DNA of 64,000 nt from Thermoplasmata archaeon (GTDB lineage Archaea; Thermoplasmatota; Thermoplasmata; Lutacidiplasmatales; UBA184). The position numbers and the translations under genes are program-made. Below the pieces are notes generated by a model. That model had not been told where the DNA came from, made no database searches, and worked only from the letters and a program-made list of their open reading frames with translations. Below, piece after piece: positions 35,291-45,621 of this stretch. Where the stretch lies: the NCBI GenBank assembly GCA_022749895.1, contig JAKIWS010000005.1, positions 8,827 to 72,826 on the forward strand, given 5' to 3'. Positions within the stretch are counted from its first letter, which is position 1; the number at the start of each line of letters is the position of its first letter.

Positions 35291-38200
35291 ATGTCGTATG
35301 TAGGTCGCCGTCGCATGGGGTTTAACGGTCCGCGTTCGCGTCGCGGGCTCTCGTCGATCGCCGGCGTGATCGTGATCGTGGTCGTCCTCGCCTTGATGGG
35401 CGTCACGACGTACGCACTTACGGGCGGCTTCTCGAAGACCCCCCCGCCCGCCTGCGCCCCCGCGGCGTCCCCCGTCTGCACGGCCTCCCTGAACCTACAC
35501 GACGTGAGCGTCCTCCTCCCCTACCGGTCGGTCCAGGAGGGGGCGAACGTCCCCGTCACAGCTTCCGTCCCGAACGGCGAGGTCGTCTCGAACTACTTCT
35601 TCAATTTCGGCGATACGTCGAACGTTAGCTCCCGCGACGCGACCAGCACGCACGTCTACGCGGTGCCCGGGATCTACCTCATCGTGGTCCTGGCGAAGGT
35701 CAATGGCGTCTTGCACGACAACATCCAGGGGCTGGTCCAGATCGTGGTCTCCGCCACGTTCACCTCCAACACCGCGGGCAATCTCCCGTCGGTCTCCGGT
35801 TCGATCGTCTCCAACTCCACAACGACCGCATCCCAGAAGGGCGCGACCGCCGTGCTGCTGCCGCAGCAGAGCGTCACGCTCTCGGCCGCCTACACCGCGG
35901 CTCCGACCAACCCCGCCTACACGATCCTGAAGCCGAGCTTCGTCGTCGGGGGCGGGCTCACCTCGACCTTCGTGATCACCAACACTAGCGCCATCGCGAC
36001 CGTCACGGCCGCGACGCCCGGTCTCCATACGGTCACGTTCGTCGGGGGTGCCCAAAGCGGCAACCTGACCGCGTGGCAGAACTTCACCTGGAACGTCTTC
36101 GTCGCGCCGCCCTCGGTCCACGCCGGCGTCACCGGCCAGCAGCACCACAAGAGCCCCCACGCCGGGTCGATCATCGCCTACGAGCTCGTCCCCGGAGGGT
36201 CGGCGAGCGAGGATCCCGCGATCGACTACGAGACCGCCGGCGCGGAAGCGATCTACAACGTCTACCAGCCGCTCATCACCTACAACGGCACGCAGGTCGG
36301 GCCGGACCCGAACAGCTTCGTGCCGGTGCTAGCGACGTGCGTTCCGGGCAGCGCGCAGTGCCAGCGGATGTACAGCTCGACCCTGGTCTCCGGGACCGAC
36401 TACACCTTCGTCATCAACCCGAACTCGAGCTTCTACGACCCGTCGACCCAGAACCACTGGGGCGTCTGGCCGACCGACGTCGTCTTCAGCATCGCGCGGA
36501 CCGTCGGCTTCGCCAACCTGCCGTGCGTCTCGTGCAACCCCGGCTGGATCATCGCCCAGGCGCTGCTCGACCCCGGCAACCCCGGATGGAGCAACCTCCA
36601 CAGCTCGTTCAACAACACCCCGCTCCCCGTGTTCAACTCGATGACGATCAACGAGAGCGGCGTCTGCACCACCGTGATGATGGACCCCGCGACCGGGCAC
36701 GGATGCGTCACGTTCCATGCACACGGCCACGGGAACGCCTGGCCGTACTTCCTCGAGCTGATGGCCGACCCGCTCGGGGGCGGCATCGTGCCGTGCGGAT
36801 GGTTCAGCGCCTCGTCGCAGGGCGCCGGGATCCCGTTCTGGACGGCCGGAAACGTCACCGGCGCGGGCGACCAGCCGTGCGGGGCTCCGGGCAGCCCGGG
36901 CTGGGGTCGCGCGCCGGCCAACATTCCGCCGCTTGGATGGGACCAGTGGGAGCAGCTCGGGAGCGGCGCGTTCGGAACGTACCTCGGGCACGTCCAGTGG
37001 AACATGCTCGGGAGCGGTCCCTACTACATGTCCCAGTTCGTCCTCGGCGTCTCGTTCACCCTGCAGGCGAACCCGGCCTACAGCCAGAACCCGTACTGCA
37101 CGTGGTCCGGCTGTGAGCCCAAGCCCGGGACCTTCGCGAAGACGGTCGACGTCTCGTGGGAGACCTCGGCGACGCCGGGCGAGCAGGCCGCGAGCAGCGG
37201 CGTTGCGGACTTCGCCTCGATACCTTCCGCCGACATCGCGTTGCTCCTCGAGCTGATCCAGCAGGGGAAGGTCCAGACGATCAACGCCCCGACGATCACG
37301 ATCGCGTTCTATCCGTTCAACTTGAACTTCAACTTGGGCGGGGCGCAAAAGTACACCTCGAACCCGATCACGGTCAACAACGACTGGTTCAGCTACCTCG
37401 GCATGCGCCAGCTGTTCGAGCGCGCGTACCCCTACACGACGATCGCGAACACGCTGCAGACGAAGGACGGACTCGTCCTGTCGTTCAACTACGGCGGGGC
37501 GATCCCGCAGTACATGGCGAACTACTACCCGACGAACATTCCGTGGCCGAACACCGACCCGTGCACCGACGCGTCGAAGGTCGCGTGCCCGGCGTACTGG
37601 TGGGCCCAGTTGCACAACACGTCGGGCCCGTACTTCGACCCCGAGGTGCTCCGCTGCTCCTCCGGCAACCCCTGCTCGCTCCCGATGTTCGGTGGCACGG
37701 GCTCCGCGTCCAACGACCAGCGGATGGCGCTCTGGGCGGCGTCCGTCAACACCGTCACCGGCGGCGCGGTCGTGGTCAACCCGGTCGACATCAACTTCGT
37801 CGACATCCTGATCAACGCCGCCGCGGGACCCGGGGTCAATTCGCTGCCGACGTACGCCCTCGGGTGGGCGCCGGACTACCCCGACCCGACCGACTACGTG
37901 AACCCGCTCTACCTCCCCAACGCCACCTACACGTTCGGGGACGCGGTCATGCAGCAGCTCTGGCAGACGCAGTTCGCGTCGAACTGCGCGCACCCGACGT
38001 CGGACTACCTGTACTACGCGAACAACAGCTTCCCGCAGAGCTGCCAGGGGGTCGCCTACAAGGCGATGCTCGTCGCGCTCGGTCTCGCGTCGACGGCGCC
38101 CGCCGGTCCGGCGCGGGTGCTATTGTACGACTACGCGGAGAAGATCGCCTACCAGCTCGCGCTCTACACCTACACGGGTCAGGGGAACCTGATCTACCCG

Positions 38201-38305
38201 TCGGCGACGTGGATCGACTCGTCGACCCTCAACACCAACATCACCATCGGGGGCGGCGGGGACGAGCTGTTCTTCAACGTGCAAGGGAACGGCGTCGCAG
38301 GCTAG
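35291..38305 (+). CDS. Orphan oligopeptide-type ABC substrate-binding protein (SBP family 5) with a signal anchor and a PKD domain; paralog of 16744-19809.
   Basis: TM IAGVIVIVVVLALMGVTTY. PKD motif FFNFGDTSNVSSRDATSTHVYAVPGIYLIVVLAKV. SBP core DPAIDYETAGAEAIYNVYQPLITYN ... GWAPDYPDPTDYVNPLY. No transporter genes lie next to it. The upstream ATG at 35231 sits inside a TATA-like GGTATATATG, so the start was moved to 35291; 35315 is also possible. Confidence 0.7.
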   Translation: MSYVGRRRMGFNGPRSRRGLSSIAGVIVIVVVLALMGVTTYALTGGFSKTPPPACAPAASPVCTASLNLHDVSVLLPYRSVQEGANVPVTASVPNGEVVSNYFFNFGDTSNVSSRDATSTHVYAVPGIYLIVVLAKVNGVLHDNIQGLVQIVVSATFTSNTAGNLPSVSGSIVSNSTTTASQKGATAVLLPQQSVTLSAAYTAAPTNPAYTILKPSFVVGGGLTSTFVITNTSAIATVTAATPGLHTVTFVGGAQSGNLTAWQNFTWNVFVAPPSVHAGVTGQQHHKSPHAGSIIAYELVPGGSASEDPAIDYETAGAEAIYNVYQPLITYNGTQVGPDPNSFVPVLATCVPGSAQCQRMYSSTLVSGTDYTFVINPNSSFYDPSTQNHWGVWPTDVVFSIARTVGFANLPCVSCNPGWIIAQALLDPGNPGWSNLHSSFNNTPLPVFNSMTINESGVCTTVMMDPATGHGCVTFHAHGHGNAWPYFLELMADPLGGGIVPCGWFSASSQGAGIPFWTAGNVTGAGDQPCGAPGSPGWGRAPANIPPLGWDQWEQLGSGAFGTYLGHVQWNMLGSGPYYMSQFVLGVSFTLQANPAYSQNPYCTWSGCEPKPGTFAKTVDVSWETSATPGEQAASSGVADFASIPSADIALLLELIQQGKVQTINAPTITIAFYPFNLNFNLGGAQKYTSNPITVNNDWFSYLGMRQLFERAYPYTTIANTLQTKDGLVLSFNYGGAIPQYMANYYPTNIPWPNTDPCTDASKVACPAYWWAQLHNTSGPYFDPEVLRCSSGNPCSLPMFGGTGSASNDQRMALWAASVNTVTGGAVVVNPVDINFVDILINAAAGPGVNSLPTYALGWAPDYPDPTDYVNPLYLPNATYTFGDAVMQQLWQTQFASNCAHPTSDYLYYANNSFPQSCQGVAYKAMLVALGLASTAPAGPARVLLYDYAEKIAYQLALYTYTGQGNLIYPSATWIDSSTLNTNITIGGGGDELFFNVQGNGVAG

Positions 38306-38350
38306 GCGCGCGCGGATAGGCTCTTAATCCAAAACCCATCTCGCGCGGGC

Positions 38351-39880
38351 GTGGCGGACCCGCCGGACGACCCCGGACCGGCCGCTTCCGCGATCACGCT
38401 CTCCGACAGCGAGCGCCGGCTCCTCGTCGCGCTGCGCGACCTAACACAAGGTCCCGCGAGCGAGGAGGAACTCGCCGCGACGACCGGCCTCCCCGCCGAC
38501 CACGTACGCGGTTCGCTGCAACGGCTCCGGTCGAAGCACCTGGCGGTCGTGGACGAACAACACGCCTCGCGCCCGGTGCTCACGGCCCGTGGGCGGGCGG
38601 CCCAGGAGGTCGGACTCCCGGAACGTCGTCTCCTTCGGTTCTTGACCGACCTGAAGCTGCCGATCGGTCCCGAGGATCTGCCGAGCGGACTCCTAACGCC
38701 GGACGAACGCTCTCCGGCGATCGGCTTGCTCCGGCGCTACGGGTACCTTGCCGAGGGGGTGCCCTTGCGACTCCGGCCGGAATCACCACCGGCCTCTACG
38801 CCGCTGCCGGACGAGATCGCGCTCGAAGCGGTGGCGAGCGGGGGGGTGGACCTGGCCACGGCCGGGTCGGGTTCCCCCCGCCGACGCGGCCTCGTCGAGG
38901 TCGAACGAACGACCGCCCGTCGCTGGGCGGCCTCCGAGGAAGGGCGACAGCTCCCGATGGCCGCGGGGAACGCCACGCTGCAAGGCGCCGTGACCCCGGC
39001 GCTGCTGCGCGACGGGGGGTGGGAGGATGCGGCGTTCCGGCCGTACGACGTCCGCGCGACGGTCCCGTTCGTGACCGGGCCGCGTCCCCATCCGTACGCG
39101 ACCTGGCTCCGACAGTTCGAGGAGATCCTCGTGGGGCTGGGGTTCAGCGAGGCGCGCGGACCGCTGCTCGAGACGGAGTTCTGGAACGGGGATGTCCTGT
39201 TCATGCCGCAGGAACATCCGGCAAGGTCGATCCACGACGTCCTTTCGGTGGAGGGGGTCGTCGGTCATCCGCCCGCGGCCGACCTCCTGGAGAAGGTCGC
39301 GGCGGCGCACGAAGGCCGGCCGCTCCCGGGCGAGAGCCGTCCCATGAGCCCCGGTTGGCGGGCCTCGTACGACCGAGCGTTCGCCGCCCGGCCCGTGTTG
39401 CGGTCCCAGACGACCGCCGTCTCCGCCCGGTTCATGGCCGCCAACCCGGAGCCACCGTTCCGGGTCTACTGCCTCGACCGGAACTTCCGCCGCGACGCGG
39501 TCGACGCTACGCACCACATCGAGTTCGCCCAGTGCGAGGGGATCCTCGGCGAGGAGGGCGTCACGCTGCGCCATCTCGTCGGCGTCTTCCAAGCGCTCAC
39601 GGACGCGCTCGGCCTGGGCGAGCTCAAGATCCGGCCGAGCTATTTCCCGTTCACCGAGCCGTCGATCGAGGGGTACGTCCGCCACCCGCGCTTGGGCTGG
39701 ATCGAGGTGTTCCCGGGCGGCCTCTTCCGGCCGGAGGTGCTGCGGCCGCTCGGCGTCCGCGTGCCGGTCGCGGCCTGGGGGATCGGCGTGATGCGGCTCG
39801 CGATGATCGCCCTCGGCGTCGACGATATCCGGCAGGTCTACGACGACGACTTGGGCCGGCTGCGCGGCGAGGAGTCGTAG
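38351..39880 (+). CDS. pheS: Phenylalanine--tRNA ligase alpha subunit (archaeal type).
   Basis: Class II core motifs (FRPYDVR...; YCLDRNFRRDAVDATHHIEFAQCEG; GIGVMRLAMIALG). 509 aa with an N-terminal wHTH extension. Confidence 0.85.
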   Translation: MADPPDDPGPAASAITLSDSERRLLVALRDLTQGPASEEELAATTGLPADHVRGSLQRLRSKHLAVVDEQHASRPVLTARGRAAQEVGLPERRLLRFLTDLKLPIGPEDLPSGLLTPDERSPAIGLLRRYGYLAEGVPLRLRPESPPASTPLPDEIALEAVASGGVDLATAGSGSPRRRGLVEVERTTARRWAASEEGRQLPMAAGNATLQGAVTPALLRDGGWEDAAFRPYDVRATVPFVTGPRPHPYATWLRQFEEILVGLGFSEARGPLLETEFWNGDVLFMPQEHPARSIHDVLSVEGVVGHPPAADLLEKVAAAHEGRPLPGESRPMSPGWRASYDRAFAARPVLRSQTTAVSARFMAANPEPPFRVYCLDRNFRRDAVDATHHIEFAQCEGILGEEGVTLRHLVGVFQALTDALGLGELKIRPSYFPFTEPSIEGYVRHPRLGWIEVFPGGLFRPEVLRPLGVRVPVAAWGIGVMRLAMIALGVDDIRQVYDDDLGRLRGEES

Positions 39881-39883
39881 GCC

Positions 39884-41593
39884 GTGCCCCGCGCCCAGCT
39901 CTCGGCGGCCCGTCTGCTCGCGGCCGCCGGTACGAGCGACGCCGCGAAGGTGCGCGACCTCCTGGCGACTTCGAAGGCCGAGGTTGACGTCTGGTCGGGC
40001 GATGAGCTGACGATCGAGGCGACGCCGGACCGGCTCGACCTCCTGAACGAGGGCGGACTCGGTCTCGAACTCGCCGGCGCCCTCGGACAGGCGAGCGGGC
40101 TTCCCCCCTTGGAGCTCATCGCGGGCGCCGTCGCGCCCACCATCACGGTGAGTCCGACCGTCGTTCCGTTACGGCCGTACATCGCCGGGGTCGTCGTGGA
40201 GGCGCCCGGAACTTCCCGGCTCGACCAGCCCCTCCTCGACGAGGCGGTCCGGTTCCAGGAGCTGCTCCATACAGCGGCCGCCGGACATCGGCGATGGGCG
40301 AGCTTCGGGATCTACCCGTGGGACCACGGCGCGACCTCGATCCGGTACTCGATGGAGCCGATCTCGGCAGTGACGATCCGGCCCCTCGACGGCGACCGAG
40401 CGATCGCGGGCGAGGAGTTCTTCCGCGACCATGCGATGGCGCTCAAGTTCGGCGATCTCGGACGCCTCGACGGGGCCTGCCTCACCTTGCGGGACGGGGC
40501 CGGCGCGCTCCTCAGCCTGCCCCCGATCCTGAACGCGCGACCGGGCGGGGAGGCCCGCGCCGGGGACCGACGCCTCCTTCTCGAATCGACCGGGACCCGA
40601 CCGGCGCGGGTCACGGACGGTCTCGGGCTCCTGATGAGCGTCTTCGTCGCCCGCGGATGGCGGCTCGCGGCCGTCGCGGTGGAGGGCGGGGCGGCGGGCG
40701 GCGACGGAACGGCGTTCGTCCGACCCCGCGAGCTGCGCCTCTCGTCCGGCGAGCTCGCCGCCGCGACGGGCCTCGACCTACCCGCAGGAGAAGTCGTCCG
40801 CCTCTTCGGTCGCGCGCGGCTCGACGCACAGGCCGATCCGGACGGATGGACCGTCGGGACGCCGCCCTGGCGTCCGGACCTCCTCGCCGCGCCGGATCTC
40901 GTCGAGGAGATCGTCAACGCGCGCGGCGTGGCGCCGAGCGACGCGATCGTCCCCCCGAGCCGCACGCTCGGGCGGCGGCGCGCCGAAACGATGTTCCAGG
41001 ACCAGGTCGAGCTCCTCCTGCTCGGTCTGGGGTTCCAGCCCCTCGTGACCACGGTCATGGTGCCGGAATCGTCGGTCGCGTTGCTCGGACGCACGTCCCC
41101 GATCGCGATCGTGCACCCCGTCTCGGACCTGTTTTCCCGGCTCCGAGATACGATGCTCCTCTCGTTGGTCGGCAGCCTTGCGCGCAACGTCCGCCATCCA
41201 TACCCTCAGCGGATCGCGGAGGTGGGGCCCGTGATCGTACGCGCGGACGCCGAAGAGTCCGGAGCGTCGACGCGCTACCACGCGGGGGCGGTCATCGCGG
41301 CCGACGGGGCCGGGTTTGCCGACGCGGCCGCGCTCGTCGACTATCTTATGGCCCGTCTGGGCGCGCGCGGCGTGCGCGAACCGGCGACGGTTCCGGGAAC
41401 GATCCCCGGCCGGGCGGCGCGGGTGCGCTTGGCCGGGGAGGCGGTGGCCGAGGTCGGAGAGATCGAGCCTCGGGTCATCGCCGCGCTCGGAGTCCCGGTC
41501 CCGGTCGCCTGGGCGGAGCTCGACCTGACGGCGTTGTGGCCCCTCTTCCGCCGAGAACGATCTACCCCGCCCACGCCCTCCTCCACCCGTTAA
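39884..41593 (+). CDS. pheT: Phenylalanine--tRNA ligase beta subunit (archaeal type).
   Basis: Immediately downstream of pheS. 569 aa with B3/4 and B5-like regions. Confidence 0.8.
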   Translation: MPRAQLSAARLLAAAGTSDAAKVRDLLATSKAEVDVWSGDELTIEATPDRLDLLNEGGLGLELAGALGQASGLPPLELIAGAVAPTITVSPTVVPLRPYIAGVVVEAPGTSRLDQPLLDEAVRFQELLHTAAAGHRRWASFGIYPWDHGATSIRYSMEPISAVTIRPLDGDRAIAGEEFFRDHAMALKFGDLGRLDGACLTLRDGAGALLSLPPILNARPGGEARAGDRRLLLESTGTRPARVTDGLGLLMSVFVARGWRLAAVAVEGGAAGGDGTAFVRPRELRLSSGELAAATGLDLPAGEVVRLFGRARLDAQADPDGWTVGTPPWRPDLLAAPDLVEEIVNARGVAPSDAIVPPSRTLGRRRAETMFQDQVELLLLGLGFQPLVTTVMVPESSVALLGRTSPIAIVHPVSDLFSRLRDTMLLSLVGSLARNVRHPYPQRIAEVGPVIVRADAEESGASTRYHAGAVIAADGAGFADAAALVDYLMARLGARGVREPATVPGTIPGRAARVRLAGEAVAEVGEIEPRVIAALGVPVPVAWAELDLTALWPLFRRERSTPPTPSSTR

Positions 41594-41617
41594 ATACGCA
41601 CCCCCGCTCGCAACGCG

Positions 41618-43285
41618 ATGGCACCCCGGACTCGTCGCACCCCGGGGGCCAAAGCGCGCTGGGAGCGGGAAGCGCGGGCCGCGTTGGGCCCGGATTACGA
41701 GGGAGGATCCGTGCCTCTGCTCGTCGACGCCCCCGTCGACCCGAACGAGGAGTACCTGGGGAAGTTGGGCTTTCCCGGTGCGCTACCTCTCACACGCGGT
41801 ATCCAGCCCACAATGTACCGCGGGCGTCTCTGGACGTTCCGGCAGTATTCGGGGTACGGCAGTTCCACCGAGACGAACCGTCGGTTCCGGTACCTGCTCG
41901 AGGGGGGCCAGACCGGGCTCTCCGTCGCGTTCGACCTTCCGACCCAGATCGGCTACGATTCCGACCATGCACGGGCCAAGGGCGAGGTCGGCCGGAGCGG
42001 GGTCGCGATCACCACGGTCGGGGACATGCGGAGCCTGTTCGACCAGATCCCGTTGGATCAGGCGACGGTGTCGATGACGATCAACGCGACGGCGCCGATC
42101 CTGACCGCGCTCCTCGTCGCCGTCGCCGAGGAGCAGGGGGTTCCCCGCGCCCGGCTGGGCGGCACGGTCCAGAACGACATCCTGAAGGAGTACATCGCCC
42201 GCGGGACGTACATCTACCCGCCCGGCCCGTCGATCCGGCTCGCCGTCGACCTGATCGAGTTCGCGACGAAGGAGATGCCGCAATGGAACTACATCTCCGT
42301 CTCGGGCTACCACATGCGGGAGGCCGGGGCGACCGCGGCCCAGGAGGTCGCCTTCACCGTCGCGAACGCGATCGCGTACGTCCGGGCGATCACCGCGCGG
42401 GGCCTCGACCTGGATGAGATCCTCCCGCGCCTCTCGTTCTTCTTCTCCTCCGACCGGAATTTCCTCGAGGAGGTCGCGAAGTTCCGGGCCGCGCGACGCC
42501 TGTGGGCCGACATCGCGAAGAACGAACTGGGGGCGAAGAAGGCCCGCTCGTGGCCGATGCGCTTTCACACCCAGACGGCGGGGTCGTCGCTGACGGCCCA
42601 GCAGCCCGAGCTCAACGTCGTCCGCACGACCTTGGAGGCCCTCGCCGCCGTCCTCGGAGGGACCCAGTCGCTGCACACGAATGCGCTCGATGAGGCGATC
42701 GGGCTCCCGACGGCCCCCGCCGCACGCCTCGCGCTGCGGACGCAACAGCTCGTGGCCGAGGAGTCCGGCGTCCCCTCGACCGTCGACCCGCTCGGGGGCG
42801 CTTACGCGATCGAGTACCTCACCGACCGGGTGGAAAGCGAGGCCCGGGAGTATCTCGCCCGCATCGAGGCGATGGGCGGTTCCCTCGTGGCGGTCGAGCG
42901 CGGCTTCTTCCAATCGGAGATCGCCAACGAGGCGTACCGCGTCGCGCGAGCCCGCGAGGCGAAGACGGAGGTCGTCGTGGGGGTCAACGAGTTCACCGAC
43001 GGCAACTCTCGTTTCTCGCTGGTGGGAAAGCGGGGCCAGGGTCGCCGCCTCAAGATCGGACAGGGGCCGGAGCTCGAACAGAAGCGCCGACTCGCCACGT
43101 GGAAGAGCGAGAGGAACGCGAGCGCGACGGCCGACGCCCTCGCCACGCTCCGCCGGGATACGGAAGCGGGAAAGAACGTGATGAGCCCGCTCCTGGCGGC
43201 GCTCCGGGCCGGCGCGACGCTCGGGGAGGTCGCCGGGCAATGGCGGGAGATCTTCGGTGAGTACACTCCGTCCCGGGCCTTCTAG
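41618..43285 (+). CDS. mcmA: Methylmalonyl-CoA mutase, catalytic (N-terminal / large) subunit.
   Basis: RLWTFRQYSGYGSSTETNRRFRYLLEGGQTGLSVAFDLPTQIGYDSDH and TINATAPILTALL. 555 aa. No B12-binding domain is present. Confidence 0.85.
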   Translation: MAPRTRRTPGAKARWEREARAALGPDYEGGSVPLLVDAPVDPNEEYLGKLGFPGALPLTRGIQPTMYRGRLWTFRQYSGYGSSTETNRRFRYLLEGGQTGLSVAFDLPTQIGYDSDHARAKGEVGRSGVAITTVGDMRSLFDQIPLDQATVSMTINATAPILTALLVAVAEEQGVPRARLGGTVQNDILKEYIARGTYIYPPGPSIRLAVDLIEFATKEMPQWNYISVSGYHMREAGATAAQEVAFTVANAIAYVRAITARGLDLDEILPRLSFFFSSDRNFLEEVAKFRAARRLWADIAKNELGAKKARSWPMRFHTQTAGSSLTAQQPELNVVRTTLEALAAVLGGTQSLHTNALDEAIGLPTAPAARLALRTQQLVAEESGVPSTVDPLGGAYAIEYLTDRVESEAREYLARIEAMGGSLVAVERGFFQSEIANEAYRVARAREAKTEVVVGVNEFTDGNSRFSLVGKRGQGRRLKIGQGPELEQKRRLATWKSERNASATADALATLRRDTEAGKNVMSPLLAALRAGATLGEVAGQWREIFGEYTPSRAF

Positions 43286-43688
43286 GGATGCTGTGAACGT
43301 CGATCATCTTGGCATCGCGGTCCCCGACCTCGCCCGGGCGACCGCCCTCTGGGCCCCCGCGCTCGGAGTGGGGACCCCGCCGGTGGAAGAGGTCGCTTCC
43401 CAGAAGGTGCGCGTCGCCTTCCTCGAGGTGGGTGGAGTCCATTTGGAGCTCCTCGAGCCGACCTCTCCGGATTCCGCGGTCGGTCGGTTCCTGGAAAGTC
43501 GAGGGCCCGGACTCCACCACCTCGCGTTCGCGGTGCCGAGCGTCAACGATGCGCTGGCCGCCGCCGAGCGACGCGGCCAGCGTCTGATCGACCGGACGGC
43601 GCGCGTCGGAGCGCGCGGTCGTCGGGTCGGCTTCGTTCATCCGAGCGGCTTCGAGGGCGTGCTCGTCGAGTACGTGGAGGGTCCCTGA
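43257..43688 (+). CDS. mce: Methylmalonyl-CoA epimerase (glyoxalase/VOC family).
   Basis: VDHLGIAVPDLARATALW...VRVAFLEVGGVHLELLEP...GLHHLAFAV. The start may be GTG at 43293. Confidence 0.7.
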   Translation: MSTLRPGPSRDAVNVDHLGIAVPDLARATALWAPALGVGTPPVEEVASQKVRVAFLEVGGVHLELLEPTSPDSAVGRFLESRGPGLHHLAFAVPSVNDALAAAERRGQRLIDRTARVGARGRRVGFVHPSGFEGVLVEYVEGP

Positions 43689-43702
43689 GCGCGATCAAGC
43701 AC

Positions 43703-44899
43703 GTGAGCTTGCGGCTCATCTACGATAGCCGCGGAGCGGCCACCGTCGAAGCGACCGTGGTGGCCGAGAGCGGCGCGCGATCGAGCGTGGGCGCCCCGAG
43801 CGGAGCCAGCACCGGTACCCACGAGGTCCGCGCGTGGCCAGAGGGTGGCGTGCCCACCGCGTTGGAAGCCTTCCGCCGCTGGGGCACCCCGACGCTCGTC
43901 GGTCTCCCGGTCGACGACCAGGCCCGGGTCGACGCGGCATTGCATGCGGCCGACGGTTCGCGCGATTTCTCCCAGATCGGGGGGAACACGGCGACCGCGC
44001 TCTCCGTCGCCACCGCCGAGGCGGCCGCGCGCGAGCGGGGAATTCCGCTGTGGGAGCTGCTCCAGCGACCGGGGGTCCCGGGGACCGCTTTCCCGGCGAT
44101 CGTCGGCAACTGCCTCAACGGCGGCCGGCACGCGATCGGTGGCCCGGATATCCAGGAGTTCCACGCCGTGGCCCGGGGTCCCCCGGCCGACGCGATCCGC
44201 GGGGCGCTCGCGGTCCACGCGGAGGTCGGGCGCCGTCTCAAGGCCCAGTTCCCGAAGCTCGCGCTCGGTCGGGGCGACGAGGGCGGCTGGGTGGCCCCGA
44301 TCGACAACGTCGAAGCGGTCGAGCTCCTCGCCGCGTCGTGCACGGCGGTGCGCGACCAGCTCAAGGTCGACGTGACGCCGGGGCTCGACCTCGCGGCGAC
44401 CGAGTTCTACCGGGACGGTCGGTACCGGTACCACGGCCACACGGTCGATACCGAAGGCCAGCTCGACTTCGTGACGAAGCTCGTCGAACGGTTCGGCCTC
44501 ACCTACGTCGAGGACCCGTTCGAGGAGGAGGCGTTCGACGCGTTTCACCGTTTGACGGAGGCGGTCGGGCGGAAGGCGCTCATCGTCGGGGACGACCTCT
44601 ACACCACGAGTCTCCCGCGCGTCCTCGAAGGGGACCGACGTCACTCGACGAACGCGGTGCTGATCAAAGTCAACCAGGTCGGCACCCTGACCGATGCGCT
44701 CGCGACCGTCGACTTTGCCCGGGCCCATGGGATGGTGCCGGTCGTTTCGCATCGTTCCGGCGACGTCCCGGACGGGTGGCTCGCCCATCTCGCCCTCGCG
44801 ACGGCGGCGTCGGGGCTGAAATGCGGACTTCTCGGCGGCGAACGGGTGGCAAAGCTAAATGAACTCCTTCGTCTCGGCGCGCCCCCAGAGACCCCTTGA
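43703..44899 (+). CDS. eno: Enolase.
   Basis: SVGAPSGASTGTHE, the metal-binding region DDLYTTS, and LIKVNQVGTLT. Confidence 0.9.
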   Translation: MSLRLIYDSRGAATVEATVVAESGARSSVGAPSGASTGTHEVRAWPEGGVPTALEAFRRWGTPTLVGLPVDDQARVDAALHAADGSRDFSQIGGNTATALSVATAEAAARERGIPLWELLQRPGVPGTAFPAIVGNCLNGGRHAIGGPDIQEFHAVARGPPADAIRGALAVHAEVGRRLKAQFPKLALGRGDEGGWVAPIDNVEAVELLAASCTAVRDQLKVDVTPGLDLAATEFYRDGRYRYHGHTVDTEGQLDFVTKLVERFGLTYVEDPFEEEAFDAFHRLTEAVGRKALIVGDDLYTTSLPRVLEGDRRHSTNAVLIKVNQVGTLTDALATVDFARAHGMVPVVSHRSGDVPDGWLAHLALATAASGLKCGLLGGERVAKLNELLRLGAPPETP

Positions 44900-45553
44900 A
44901 TGAACGGCGACGACGCGATCGGCGAGAACATGGAGGCCCAGAGCGAGGGCCAGGACACGCGTCCCGGAGAGCTCCTCGTTCCCGAAGAGACCTACCTCAC
45001 GTCCGGGGTCCACATCGGCACCCAACAGAAGTCCGCGAGCATGCGGAAGTTCATCTTCAAGATCCGGTACGACGGCCTCCATGTCCTCGACATCCGCGAG
45101 ACCGACCGGAGGATTCGGCTCGCCGCGAAGTTCCTCGCCGCGTACCCACCGGGGAAGATCCTCGCGGTCTCCCAGCGGCAGTACGGGCAGAAACCGGTGC
45201 GGATCTTCGCCAAAGCGATCGGGGCCGTATCGTACGCGGAGCGGTTCGTGCCGGGCTGTCTCACCAATCCGAACCTGGCCGACTACATCGAGCCCAAGGT
45301 GATCGTCGTGACCGACCCGGCGACCGACCAGCAGGCGCTCAGCGAAGCGGTCTCGATCGGCATTCCGGTGGTCGGGCTCTGCGACGTCAACAACGAGACC
45401 CGGAACGTCGACCTGGTAATCCCGGTCAACAACAAAGGACGACTCGCCCTCGCGACGGTCTACTGGCTGCTCGCGCGCGAGATCGTGAACGCCCGCGCCG
45501 AAGGCGGCGAGCCGTTCACGCTCACGATCGAGGATTTCCAAGCGGCCCTTTGA
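44900..45553 (+). CDS. rps2: 30S ribosomal protein S2.
   Basis: [45 protein letters not shown]. The conserved archaeal eno-rps2 adjacency. Confidence 0.9.
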   Translation: MNGDDAIGENMEAQSEGQDTRPGELLVPEETYLTSGVHIGTQQKSASMRKFIFKIRYDGLHVLDIRETDRRIRLAAKFLAAYPPGKILAVSQRQYGQKPVRIFAKAIGAVSYAERFVPGCLTNPNLADYIEPKVIVVTDPATDQQALSEAVSIGIPVVGLCDVNNETRNVDLVIPVNNKGRLALATVYWLLAREIVNARAEGGEPFTLTIEDFQAAL

Positions 45554-45621
45554 CCGCATAAGTCCTCGCCCACGTGTTCGTTCCCCGCCACGGCTTTATG
45601 GCATAGGACGGTCAAAGCGAC

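Noticed and set aside
36329-37993. A 554-aa minus-strand ORF inside the orphan substrate-binding protein gene.
   Set aside because: Antisense shadow ORF.
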